A stretch of 61,937 bases of DNA, counting the filler. It is 6 parts of 6 records of this genome, joined end to end, with 100 filler letters (N's around TTAATTAATTAA, not from the genome) between each part and the next. Parts side by side here need not be neighbours in the genome. Positions count along the whole stretch, not along the records: positions 16,197 to 31,970 come from SRR31156797_3927; positions 32,071 to 42,226 come from SRR31156797_3929; 4 more parts are not named here. One strand, 5' to 3'. Below are positions 30,314 to 40,115 of the stretch, piece after piece. Each line of letters starts with the position of its first letter. Within the stretch, counting starts at the first letter, position 1. The notes under the pieces were generated by a model, which was given only the letters and a program-made list of their open reading frames with translations, ran no database searches and was not told where the DNA came from. Position numbers and translations under genes: made by a program.

Positions 30314-31267
30314 CTATAGCACTGAGCTGAATATAAGGCTTAGTCCAAAGACGCACACGGTTGGAACAATAATCAGTGCATAAAACAACCGTAAATGAAA
30401 TGACGCGGCAAACATGCCGATTAGTTTCAAATCCACCATGGGGCCAATGGAGATAAAAGCCAGTTGGGCTGCCGGCGGAAAACCAATAAATGAAGCTGCC
30501 ACAAAAGCGTCCGCTTCCGAACATATGGAAAGTAATACCGCCAGAATCATCATGCCGCTGACGGAAAGAATAATATTTGAGTTAAAGTATTCCCATATTT
30601 CCTGCGGCAGAAACGTTTTGAAAAACGCGGCGGCGAGCGCGCCAAGAACCAGGTATTTGCCCATATCCAGGAAATCAAGGCCCGCATGCCTTAGAACTTC
30701 AATCACTTTGTGACTGGAACAATTGTTAGAATGATCGTGACCGCAACAGGAATTGTCGGGATGACTATGTATATGCCCGCCGCAATGGCATTCCTGTTCA
30801 CAATTCGGATTGCCGGCATTCGAGTTCAGCAGAACCGTGGAGCTGTCTTTATCTTTCAGCATCAGGCCGAACAGGCCGGCAATAAAAACGGCGATGGCGG
30901 CCCGGCCGATAACCATATTGAGGTTTCCTCTAAAAGCGATATATGTGGAGGCCAAAACAATAGGGTTTATAATAGGCGCCGCCAGCATGTAGGGGATGAC
31001 CACATGAGGCGCAACGCCTTTACCCATCATTCTCCTGACAATGGGAACCACGCCGCACTCGCAAGTCGGAATGATAAACCCGGCCAGTATGCCTACGGTC
31101 GCCCCTGCCGCGAAATTTCGTGGTATATAACGCGTCAGTCTTTCCGGCGAGACATACACTTCTATAACCGCGCCGATTAAAGCGCCGAATGCCAAAAATG
31201 GCATGGCTTCAAGGAAGACGGCCGCGGCAATGGCTGAGAAATTGTAAAGATCATCACTTAAAATCAT
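30314..31267 (-). CDS. DUF318/YcgR-like permease with His/Cys-rich loop
   Basis: EAMPFL, PTCECGVVP, AAPIINP, SICSEADAFVA, GPMVDLK. Confidence 0.88.
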   Translation of the reverse strand: MILSDDLYNFSAIAAAVFLEAMPFLAFGALIGAVIEVYVSPERLTRYIPRNFAAGATVGILAGFIIPTCECGVVPIVRRMMGKGVAPHVVIPYMLAAPIINPIVLASTYIAFRGNLNMVIGRAAIAVFIAGLFGLMLKDKDSSTVLLNSNAGNPNCEQECHCGGHIHSHPDNSCCGHDHSNNCSSHKVIEVLRHAGLDFLDMGKYLVLGALAAAFFKTFLPQEIWEYFNSNIILSVSGMMILAVLLSICSEADAFVAASFIGFPPAAQLAFISIGPMVDLKLIGMFAASFHLRLFYALIIVPTVCVFGLSLIFSSVL

Positions 31268-31606
31268 AGGTCAACAGCACACTAATCCAGTTTGACGAAA
31301 AATCGTGAACAGGGTCTTATTGTTAAACCGTTATTATGCAGCATGAACCTTGGCCGGGCCCTGAAGCTAATAATGTCTTAAAAGACTGATGTTGTGTTCA
31401 GGGGCTATAGAACCAAATTTACCGCCTGATACAGGACAATACAAATATTTGTGATAGAAATAAAGAGTAATAAAGGAATAATGAATAGCGGCGGCTTAAA
31501 AACGACTATTTGTCTGATGTCCGGCCGCCGCTATCAGATACTAAACTGACCTGTAACTTGGTCTTATAAAGGCAGGTGAGAAATAAATGATGGTATAATT
31601 TATAAG

Positions 31607-31970
31607 CTATGCGGTCGATACTAATGAGCCCAGTTCATCGGCGTTCAATACTCTGTCGATATCCAGCAGGATTTTTACGCCCCCATCTATTTTAGCCATG
31701 CCAAGTATGTAATCCGTATCGAGCCTTGTCCCAAAGGTTGGCGAATCCTCGATATCTTCGCCTTTTATGTTGATCACTTCAGAAACATGGTCAACTACGA
31801 CGCCTATCTGGACAGCATCGGATTGGCCTTTTGCTTCAACAACGATGATGCTTGTCCGATCAGTATATTCTATTTCAGCCATTCCGAATTTGAGCCTCAG
31901 GTCCAGAACCGGTATCACCTTGCCCCTAAGGTTTATGACTCCCTTGACGAAAGCCGGAGTCTGGGGAACC
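31607..31970 (-). CDS. cheW: Chemotaxis coupling protein CheW, 5' truncated
   Basis: VKGVINLRGKVIPVLDLRLKFG, GVVVDHVSEV, ILLDID. Confidence 0.92.
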
Positions 31971-32070
31971 NNNNNNNNNNNNNNNNNNNNNNNNNNNNNN
32001 NNNNNNNNNNNNNNTTAATTAATTAANNNNNNNNNNNNNNNNNNNNNNNNNNNNNNNNNNNNNNNNNNNN
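31971..32070. other. Artificial contig spacer
   Basis: N + TTAATTAATTAA + N. Confidence 0.98.
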
Positions 32071-32100
32071 ACCGGGGGTTCGAATCCCCCCCTCTCCGCA
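32071..32100 (+). tRNA. 3' end of a tRNA, probably tRNA-Ser
   Basis: T arm GGGGG-TTCGAAT-CCCCC, acceptor CCTCTCC + G discriminator; terminator ACCCGC-GTAA-GCGGGTTTT follows. Anticodon not in contig. Confidence 0.75.
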
Positions 32101-32203
32101 ATAGACCCGCGTAAGCGGGTTTTACTTTTTGAGATAGTTTTTCTTATATTCCATAATCAATAATTCATATTTCATAATTAATAGAATTGACTTATATTTA
32201 AAA

Positions 32204-34801
32204 ATGGCTAAAAAAGCACAAACACCCTTAATGAAGCAGTATTTCGAGGTCAAGTCCAAACATCCGGACAAGATCGTGCTCTTCCGCATGGGTGATTTTT
32301 ATGAGACGTTTGATAAGGATGCCAAGGTAGCGGCTCGAGTTCTGAATATAGTTTTAACAAAGCGTAGTAACGGAGCAGCTGCCGATATGCCTTTGGCAGG
32401 TTTTCCACATCATTCACTTGATTCTTATCTGCATAAACTGTTGCAAGCCGGATTAAAGGTGGCAATTTGTGAACAATTGGAAGATCCCAAGCAGGCAAAA
32501 GGCCTGGTAAAACGCGGGATCACGGAGATCATTACACCCGGAACGGCTGTGAATGATAAGTTTCTGGATTCCAATGTCAATAACTACCTTGCAGCCTGGG
32601 TGCCGGGTGATAAAGTAAGTGCTTTAGCCTTTGTTGATATTTCCACAGGTGAATTTCGATATGTAAATGCTGAAAATGAAACGATCATAGAACTGATCGA
32701 AGCAAAACCCATAGCGGAATTGCTAGTCCCGGAACATGATGATGAATATATCAAATCCTTGCTTCCGCATTACAGTGGTATGTTTACACGCATTCCCGAT
32801 TGGGTTTGCGATGAAGCTTATACAAAAGAAACCATTACGTCTCATTTTAAAGCATCAACTCTAAAAGGGTTTGGTCTTGACGACAAAGCCGAAGCAATTC
32901 AAGCAGTCGGACTTATTCTCCACTACGTTAAAGAGAATTTCCAGAAACAACTTTCGCATATAAATGCTATCAGACAGCTGGATCCCGGTAATTATCTTGG
33001 ATTGGATCGTTTCACGATCAGAAATCTTGAGCTTTTTCAGAGATTATCCGGAGAACTGGGTGAGGGGACGTTTTTCTGGTCCATTAATGAAACACAAACG
33101 GCTATGGGATCTCGTTTATTAAGACAATGGATCTATTATCCTCTACTGGATCATCATGCCATCAATGAACGTTTGGAGCATGTGGCATCTTTTGTAAACG
33201 ATTCTCAGCGATGTGAAGACGTTCGGGATATTTTAAGACGCATTGCCGATATAGAACGTATTTGTGCCAAGATCGCCTCACGAAAAGTGGGTCCCAAAGA
33301 ACTGAATACACTGCGTGACAGTCTACACGCTTTATTAGAAATACCCTCAAAGATAGATCCTGAGCTTAAATTCTCACTTGATAACATCAAAGTACTTGAA
33401 AACGTTATTCAAACCATCACGGAATCTATTCTTGATGATCCGGTGAACCAATTGAATAAGGGCGGATATTTCAGAGAGGAATTTCATCCCGAGATCGCTG
33501 AATTACGGAAAATATCTCATGGTGGAAAAGACTATCTCCTGGAATTGCAGGAGCGTGAGCGCGAACGTTTACAGATTCCGAAATTGAAAATATCATATAA
33601 CAGAGTTTTTGGTTATTACATCGACATCAGTAAAGTACATACCGACAAAGTGCCGGAAGATTACATCCGCAAACAGACTCTGGTAAATTCTGAACGATAT
33701 ATTACTCAGGAACTGAAAGAATACGAAGATAAGATCCTGAATGCCGAAGACAAGCTCATTTCTTTGGAAATGAAACTTTATGAAGAGCTTTTGATCAAAT
33801 TAACGGCTGATATTCCCGTTCTGCAAGCCAATTCCATTAAGGTGGCACAAATAGACGTCTTGTCAGCGTTCGCCCATTCAGCGCTTCGTGAGCAATGGAT
33901 TAGGCCCGATGTGGATGATTCTACGGTTCTAGAGATCAAAGGTGGACGCCATACGGTGGTTGAAGCGCTTTTACCACCTCATGAAGCATTTATTCCAAAT
34001 GACAGTTTCATTGATATCGAAAGCGAACAGATACATTTGATCACGGGACCGAACATGTCGGGTAAGTCGACCTATCTCAGACAGATTGCGCTTATCACCC
34101 TGATGGCGCAAATGGGTTGTTTTGTTCCGGCTGTTTCGGCACGTATAGGTATGGTTGACAAAATATTCACTCGTGTGGGCGCCAGCGACAATCTGGCATA
34201 TGGTGAAAGTACATTTCTGACGGAGATGATCGAAACGGCGAATATTTTAAATACTGCAACGCGCCGTTCATTGATCCTTCTTGACGAAATAGGGCGGGGG
34301 ACCAGTACCTACGATGGACTTTCCATTGCATGGGCGGTTGTCGAGTATTTGCATAATCAACCTTCTATTGCTGCAAGAACACTTTTTGCTACACATTATC
34401 ACGAGCTGACCGATCTTGAGAATATTCTTGAAAGAGTAAAGAATTACAATGTCCAGGTCAAGGAATACGGTGATAAGGTCATCTTTCTGCGCAAGATCAT
34501 ACCCGGTAGTACAGATAAGAGTTACGGTATCTATGTTGCTCAAATGGCCGGTGTGCCACAACAAGTTGTAAAACGTGCCAATGAGATCCTTTTTAATCTT
34601 TCAGGAGCGGATCATACATTACCGAACGGATCTCATGTTCTGGATCCATCTCAGGATAAAGAAAATATAATCCAACTTGATATATTCTCTGCAAAAGATA
34701 GTGAACTCCAGAAGGAAGTTGAGAATCTTGATATTGAGAATATGACACCTGTAGATGCGTTGTTGAAACTGCAGGAATTAAAAGATAAAACTTCTAAATG
34801 A
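32204..34801 (+). CDS. mutS: DNA mismatch repair protein MutS
   Basis: TPLMKQY, FRMGDFYE, TGPNMSGKST, DEIGRGTST, FATHYHEL. Confidence 0.98.
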   Translation: MAKKAQTPLMKQYFEVKSKHPDKIVLFRMGDFYETFDKDAKVAARVLNIVLTKRSNGAAADMPLAGFPHHSLDSYLHKLLQAGLKVAICEQLEDPKQAKGLVKRGITEIITPGTAVNDKFLDSNVNNYLAAWVPGDKVSALAFVDISTGEFRYVNAENETIIELIEAKPIAELLVPEHDDEYIKSLLPHYSGMFTRIPDWVCDEAYTKETITSHFKASTLKGFGLDDKAEAIQAVGLILHYVKENFQKQLSHINAIRQLDPGNYLGLDRFTIRNLELFQRLSGELGEGTFFWSINETQTAMGSRLLRQWIYYPLLDHHAINERLEHVASFVNDSQRCEDVRDILRRIADIERICAKIASRKVGPKELNTLRDSLHALLEIPSKIDPELKFSLDNIKVLENVIQTITESILDDPVNQLNKGGYFREEFHPEIAELRKISHGGKDYLLELQERERERLQIPKLKISYNRVFGYYIDISKVHTDKVPEDYIRKQTLVNSERYITQELKEYEDKILNAEDKLISLEMKLYEELLIKLTADIPVLQANSIKVAQIDVLSAFAHSALREQWIRPDVDDSTVLEIKGGRHTVVEALLPPHEAFIPNDSFIDIESEQIHLITGPNMSGKSTYLRQIALITLMAQMGCFVPAVSARIGMVDKIFTRVGASDNLAYGESTFLTEMIETANILNTATRRSLILLDEIGRGTSTYDGLSIAWAVVEYLHNQPSIAARTLFATHYHELTDLENILERVKNYNVQVKEYGDKVIFLRKIIPGSTDKSYGIYVAQMAGVPQQVVKRANEILFNLSGADHTLPNGSHVLDPSQDKENIIQLDIFSAKDSELQKEVENLDIENMTPVDALLKLQELKDKTSK

Positions 34802-34862
34802 TCAATTTTTGTATGATAGTAGGGGCGTAGTTCATACGCCAGACATAGAAAATAAATTTAAG

Positions 34863-35005
34863 TAGCCCCGAGCTTCAGCTCGGGGTTTCCATATCTCACA
34901 TAAAAGGGGTTTTAACCCCATGATATTTTTTCAGAAGAAGTGTGCAAGCACGGGTTAAAACCCCTTTGATTGTATCATAGCACCCCGGGCTTCAGCCCGG
35001 GGCTA
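34863..35005. repeat. REPIN/MITE-like double-hairpin element
   Basis: TAGCCCCGAGCTTCAGCTCGGGGT...AAAGGGGTTTTAACCC mirrored by GGGTTAAAACCCCTTT...ACCCCGGGCTTCAGCCCGGGGCTA. Confidence 0.7.
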
Positions 35006-35025
35006 TTCATATATTTTATTTCATT

Positions 35026-35055
35026 AAAAAAAGACGCGAAAATTCGCGTCTTTTT
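35026..35055. terminator. Bidirectional terminator
   Basis: AAAAAAAGACGCGAA-AA-TTCGCGTCTTTTT between convergent genes. Confidence 0.8.
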
Positions 35056-35065
35056 ATTAGTGATT

Positions 35066-35093
35066 GTATGGAACAGACATGTCTGTTCCGTAC
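35066..35093. repeat. REP-like palindrome
   Basis: GTATGGAACAGACATGTCTGTTCCGTAC. Confidence 0.6.
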
Positions 35094-35101
35094 GTTATAC
35101 G

Positions 35102-37060
35102 TTAAAAGTATCTAACCCAATTCAACTGTAATCCGGCGCCACTTACGTTTTCAGTAAATGAGAAATCAAGATCATAGACCCGTACTTTAATACCAAACTC
35201 ACTAGCTTGACTAAATAGCTTTATTCCAGCTTCTGAATAGCGGTAATTTCCCTTCTGAGTAACTTGTCCGTGTAAACACAGTGACGGAATAGGATAGATC
35301 TCAGCACCATAGAAATAATTCTGTCCGGTGTTTGAGTTTAATCCTTCACTCAAGAAAGTGGTCATACCACCTTTAAGCAGGAGCTGTGGAATAGGTTGAT
35401 AATGCACGCTCATATTGAGTTTCGCACCCAAGGGCATGCTGATGGTCGAATCATCTGCAATGACAGTTTCATCTAGAACCATCATTGAGTTTAGATCGAG
35501 ACTATCAGTAACCAAGCTCATCAAATCATCTGTTTCCATTTCAAAGTTGATCTCACGCACATAAGCATGATTCATGGCAATGCTTGCACCAAGATCCTCG
35601 ACTCCAACCTGGAGATCGATATAGTTTTTGATGAATTTGGGCATGATCGGTAGAATACGATTCAGTTTTATTCGCCAGGCTAATCCAAAATCATAACCTA
35701 AAGTAATATTTGGAATGGTCATATAATCATCAACAAAACTGAAAGCAAATCCTTCGGGGCCGAAAATACTTAAAGTATCCAATGGTGCGGTTGCCTGCAG
35801 AGTACCCTGGACGCTAACACCTTCCATACTTGGTACAAGTTCAAGATTTGTAATATTGATATTGGTAAATGCACCTGCGTAAGCATTGACTGCAGCACCA
35901 AAACGTAATTCACCAAATACACTGGGGAGTTCCAGGAAGGTACCGTAACCGGCAGAGCCTTTTGCGTAAGCATTGATTCCTAGACCTAAATTCTCATTCA
36001 TTTCAAATGGATTATCAATGGTTGCACCATCAAGAATGATCCCGAAGAATTCACCCGGGATTCTGGAGCGTTCCTGTATGAACAGACCTGCATTGGCAAA
36101 GATAGATCCACCAAGTAAACCCATTTTAAGGTTTAGAACTGTCGGCATGTTGATATCCAACGGCAATTCAAGGCCATTTGGACCCAGCATGGCGATCATG
36201 CTGTCTTCTCGCTCTGGCGTCAGTAATTCGCCTGTGCTCATAAACTCTTCCATAAATACAAAAGGACGAGTTGAAGTTTTAAGGTCCAGTTCCAATGTAT
36301 TAATTGGGATAATGGAAAAGGTATTTGTTAATTCGGCTCTAACACCCAGGTTAGCCGGATTTGCAATGGCGTATTCGGGGGAGCGGAATTTCCTTGAAAA
36401 AACATGATCCGCTTGATCAAGTGTGATCAAACGCATACGGCTTTTCATAAGTTTTTCCATTTCCTTAACATACTTTTTCTGAGCTTTCGATTTTGCTTCA
36501 GGTGGCTCTATATAGGGCACAAACTCTTTCTTTTCGCGCTCTTTTTTCACCTTTTCCTTTTTCTCTTTTTTCTTACTGTCATTTCCACCTTTTTTACCGA
36601 TCACGATATTAGGTGAAGCAACAGGTTGAGGCGCGATAGTTTGAACATCCTGTTTAGCAGGGGCATCAACCGGTAATACGGGAGTATCTTCTTTTGCCGG
36701 AGTCAGAACAGGTGTAACCGCCTTATCCTGAACAGGTGCTGATGTTGTATTTGTACCGAGATTTACAGCCGGAACAGGTGTAGCTTGTATGGGAGCCGGA
36801 ATATCTGCTTTCTCTTTGACAGGTTCTTCTTTTTCAGGTTCGGGAAGATCAGGAAGGGGTTCAGGTGCCGGAAGTTCTGCTGTCTTGGGTAGTTCTTTCT
36901 TGCTTGTATCTTTGTTAGCATTCAAAGAAGAAATAAGATCATTAAAGAAACTTTCCGGTTGAGAATTCTCACCCTTTGGTTCTGCGGGCGTTGATTCCTG
37001 TGCAATTACCATGAATGGCACAAGAAGAATGATAAATAGGAGGCTAATTAACCGTTTCAT
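35102..37060 (-). CDS. Putative outer-membrane beta-barrel (DUF5723-like) with Pro/Lys-rich N-terminal linker
   Basis: Signal peptide; ANPANLG; GYDFGL..., DLGASI; C-terminal Phe. Confidence 0.6.
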   Translation of the reverse strand: MKRLISLLFIILLVPFMVIAQESTPAEPKGENSQPESFFNDLISSLNANKDTSKKELPKTAELPAPEPLPDLPEPEKEEPVKEKADIPAPIQATPVPAVNLGTNTTSAPVQDKAVTPVLTPAKEDTPVLPVDAPAKQDVQTIAPQPVASPNIVIGKKGGNDSKKKEKKEKVKKEREKKEFVPYIEPPEAKSKAQKKYVKEMEKLMKSRMRLITLDQADHVFSRKFRSPEYAIANPANLGVRAELTNTFSIIPINTLELDLKTSTRPFVFMEEFMSTGELLTPEREDSMIAMLGPNGLELPLDINMPTVLNLKMGLLGGSIFANAGLFIQERSRIPGEFFGIILDGATIDNPFEMNENLGLGINAYAKGSAGYGTFLELPSVFGELRFGAAVNAYAGAFTNINITNLELVPSMEGVSVQGTLQATAPLDTLSIFGPEGFAFSFVDDYMTIPNITLGYDFGLAWRIKLNRILPIMPKFIKNYIDLQVGVEDLGASIAMNHAYVREINFEMETDDLMSLVTDSLDLNSMMVLDETVIADDSTISMPLGAKLNMSVHYQPIPQLLLKGGMTTFLSEGLNSNTGQNYFYGAEIYPIPSLCLHGQVTQKGNYRYSEAGIKLFSQASEFGIKVRVYDLDFSFTENVSGAGLQLNWVRYF

Positions 37061-39195
37061 TATGCACCTCCTGTCGTGTCAGTTCCTGTCGAGTCTGGGA
37101 AGAACTCACCAATATCCAATGTCCCTTCCGCTTGTATGAACAGATCGATCGTGATCGAATCCGTTGTTACAAATGTTGTTGGTGATCCATCTTCTCTTCC
37201 TGTAAGGGAAATTGCCATGGATAACCATGATGAGTCTTCACCATTTGCAACAAAATCATAATCATCTTTAGTTAAGGTCAATGTTTGTGTGGTTGTATCC
37301 ATAGCAGGGATCGTAAGTTCAGCAATCGTCCGAACACAATCAGCATAGGCGACATTATCAAAGTAATTTGTGTCTCTGGCTGCCAGAACCAAGAAATCCA
37401 CCCCGAACTGGAAGGAGTTGTTCACATGCGCTTCGACTGATCCTGAGAAATCATCCAGGAAAGTGGGAAGTTCACCAAGTTGAAGTTTCATGCTTGGCAT
37501 CTCAAATTCAAGAGGCTCGGTAATATTGAACTGGAATGGGACAGCAAAGGCACCCAAAATATCAATTCTTTGAGACAAAGGCATATTTCCGGTACCATCT
37601 AAACTGATAGATCCGTTGAATATCAATGAATCCGGCATGAAGTTGATCAGGTCTTCGGCGTCATCAAAAACAATATGTCCATTGCCACCAACACCGGTGA
37701 TCTGCTGATTGACCGATAAAGCCAAAGAATCAGCACCTCCATTTTTAACACCGACAAGATTCATATCCAAGGTCATGGGGATCGAAATATCTGTTGTAAT
37801 GTCTAAGCTTAATTCGATCTCTGATATTTCTATTCCACCGAATTCATCCGGGAATAATTCACCCATGCCAATATCCATCGCCATGTCATCAAATGTATAT
37901 TCCATATCGCTGAAAGTCGCATCAACTGATTCGATACCAATATCATCTCCGGGATTTTCACCGTAAAATTCAAGTTCTATCGTGAATTCATCCGTTCTGT
38001 CAAATTCTCCGTATTGAGCCGGGATATTGACATATGAGCGGTAAACAAAATCTTGATCTAAGAGCACCGCACTATTGTACAGGTTAAAATAGAATGTTGA
38101 TGTACTGCTGGCAGGGATGTTCAGTGAGTCGGTGCTGAACATTTGAACGCCTGCTGTTGCAGATGTATCAAGAGATAGTATCTCAAGCAACATTTTTCCG
38201 GTTACATCACATGTATTGGTAATAACAACTGCGATCGTACTGGTATCAAGATATACTTTATCTACTGAAAGATTGGCATCATTAAGTTCATCACCGAATG
38301 AGATAGAACTGGTGTCAGCTAAATACTGGCGATCAAGGTTACCTTCGATCAGGTCTCCTTCAAGTCCGCTGATCGATCCGTTGGCTGTAAATGAAGATGT
38401 TCTCATTGCATTGTTGTTGGTCAGTGTATCGGGCTCATCACCACAGATCACACCATTCACAACGATCATTACGGATTTACCGAACTCAACACCTGCAAGA
38501 TCAAGGTTCTTAGTGGAACTTCCTCCTGCTGCTATAGGTGTATCCCAAACCAATTCAATGGGAGATCCACCAGCATCTTCAATAGGGGCTACTGTAATTG
38601 AATCAAACAATTCAATGGTGATGGGCGTGCCCAGTTCGCAAAGCAGATCGTTTTGAATGGTAACTCCCAATTGTCCTGTATGAAAACGTTGGCGTTCCAT
38701 CGGGAAGTTTACATAGGAAGTATCCGCCGGGAAAACAACCGAATCCACGGGGACCGGTGATCCTTCCGGAACGGCAGATAGATCTATAGCTTCTTGCAAT
38801 TCAATTGGATCTGATAATCCAAAAGTTCTGGTCGCATAGTCCACCAGTACCATATTTTGCGATACGGAAACTGAAACCGGATCGATCGTCATACCCATAT
38901 CCATTTCAAAATCTGTTGAGAAGGTATCCCGCATAACGAACCAATCCGAGTTCCCCGATACATCACCGGGATAAGTCTCACGATATTCATCCAAAGGTAG
39001 CTGATCACCAACGAAGGTCATAAGCGTATCGAAATTAACGGTCATACTCGCTACATAGAACTCATAAGGGCCTAAGTTTACTTTTGGAGGAATAATCTCT
39101 CCAATTTCCGGAATTCTGAATTCAAAACATCCAGATAGGCCTATGAGGACAAGCAGAAGGAGTATCACACTTTTTCTTCCTTTTGTCATAAGCAA
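37060..39195 (-). CDS. Large acidic beta-rich lipoprotein of unknown function
   Basis: Lipobox LSGC; stop overlaps the next start. Confidence 0.75.
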   Translation of the reverse strand: MLMTKGRKSVILLLLVLIGLSGCFEFRIPEIGEIIPPKVNLGPYEFYVASMTVNFDTLMTFVGDQLPLDEYRETYPGDVSGNSDWFVMRDTFSTDFEMDMGMTIDPVSVSVSQNMVLVDYATRTFGLSDPIELQEAIDLSAVPEGSPVPVDSVVFPADTSYVNFPMERQRFHTGQLGVTIQNDLLCELGTPITIELFDSITVAPIEDAGGSPIELVWDTPIAAGGSSTKNLDLAGVEFGKSVMIVVNGVICGDEPDTLTNNNAMRTSSFTANGSISGLEGDLIEGNLDRQYLADTSSISFGDELNDANLSVDKVYLDTSTIAVVITNTCDVTGKMLLEILSLDTSATAGVQMFSTDSLNIPASSTSTFYFNLYNSAVLLDQDFVYRSYVNIPAQYGEFDRTDEFTIELEFYGENPGDDIGIESVDATFSDMEYTFDDMAMDIGMGELFPDEFGGIEISEIELSLDITTDISIPMTLDMNLVGVKNGGADSLALSVNQQITGVGGNGHIVFDDAEDLINFMPDSLIFNGSISLDGTGNMPLSQRIDILGAFAVPFQFNITEPLEFEMPSMKLQLGELPTFLDDFSGSVEAHVNNSFQFGVDFLVLAARDTNYFDNVAYADCVRTIAELTIPAMDTTTQTLTLTKDDYDFVANGEDSSWLSMAISLTGREDGSPTTFVTTDSITIDLFIQAEGTLDIGEFFPDSTGTDTTGGA

Positions 39196-39264
39196 TCCTC
39201 TATGTTAATTTAAAATTTACTGTCTCTTAAATAATATTTAATTTGGTATATAATTGCAAGGATA

Positions 39265-40113
39265 TTATATCAATTTATTAATGTCTGAAACAATTTTTTC
39301 CGCGGCTTCACGTCCTGCTTTAATAAGTTTAGGTGAACGGTCAAAATCATACCACATGAGCTCATCCGTATCAGGTTTTATCACGATATCCGCACTTTCC
39401 AATGATAGATCGATAGAGCGATTGACAGCCATGGAATCAGCAATACTGTCTACGTCAAGTGCGTTAATAATTTGATCCGGTTCGCTTCTGAGAGAGATAT
39501 CGACCGCTATCACGATATCGGCACCCATATCTTTCAGGCTACGTACCGGGACAACATCATGTGCGATGCCGTCAACGTATAGATCACCATCGATTTCTAC
39601 GGGTTCCATCCACATAGGCAGGCTCATACTCGCTTGAACGGCTTTTAATAGATCACCGCCTCTGAAACTAACTCCTTTTTTCCGGGAAATGTTTCCCGCT
39701 ACCAAAGCCAATGGCATATTAAGATCCGAAAAACGGATATCTTTAAACAATGTTCTTAAAAAAGCCTCTGTTTTTTCCGCTTTAAGGAATCCTTTGCTTC
39801 TATGCAAATAATAATTGGCAAAAGAACCTTTCAGATACTTGAACCGGGATTCAGTTCGGGCATTTTTAGCGATCCTGTCTAACTGCAGGGCTTTGTATTC
39901 AGGATTCTCCTGGGCTTCAAAGAATATTTTGCTGATCTTCTTTGCATCACCATGGTATGCGTACATAGCTGCGACGATGGCACCAATGGAGGTTCCGGCG
40001 ATCATATCAATAGGGATAGCGTATTTTTCAAGGATATATAATACACCAAGATGGGCGATGCCTCGCGCACCGCCACCACCCAAGGCCAGTCCTATCTTTT
40101 TCTTAGCCGCCAT
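39265..40113 (-). CDS. Patatin-like phospholipase
   Basis: GGGARG, GTSIG nucleophile, YVDG. Confidence 0.92.
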   Translation of the reverse strand: MAAKKKIGLALGGGGARGIAHLGVLYILEKYAIPIDMIAGTSIGAIVAAMYAYHGDAKKISKIFFEAQENPEYKALQLDRIAKNARTESRFKYLKGSFANYYLHRSKGFLKAEKTEAFLRTLFKDIRFSDLNMPLALVAGNISRKKGVSFRGGDLLKAVQASMSLPMWMEPVEIDGDLYVDGIAHDVVPVRSLKDMGADIVIAVDISLRSEPDQIINALDVDSIADSMAVNRSIDLSLESADIVIKPDTDELMWYDFDRSPKLIKAGREAAEKIVSDINKLI

Positions 40114-40115
40114 GG

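Noticed and set aside
31485-31535. Possible c-di-GMP riboswitch downstream of cheW
   Set aside because: Only an inverted repeat (ATAGCGGCGGC/GCCGCCGCTAT); GEMM consensus absent; likely a terminator.
32071-32125. tRNA 3' fragments (also 51356) as prophage or island att sites
   Set aside because: Truncation coincides with contig edges, each has its own terminator, and no integrase is present.
34863-35093. Possible CRISPR array
   Set aside because: Inverted hairpins without regular repeat-spacer periodicity; no cas genes.
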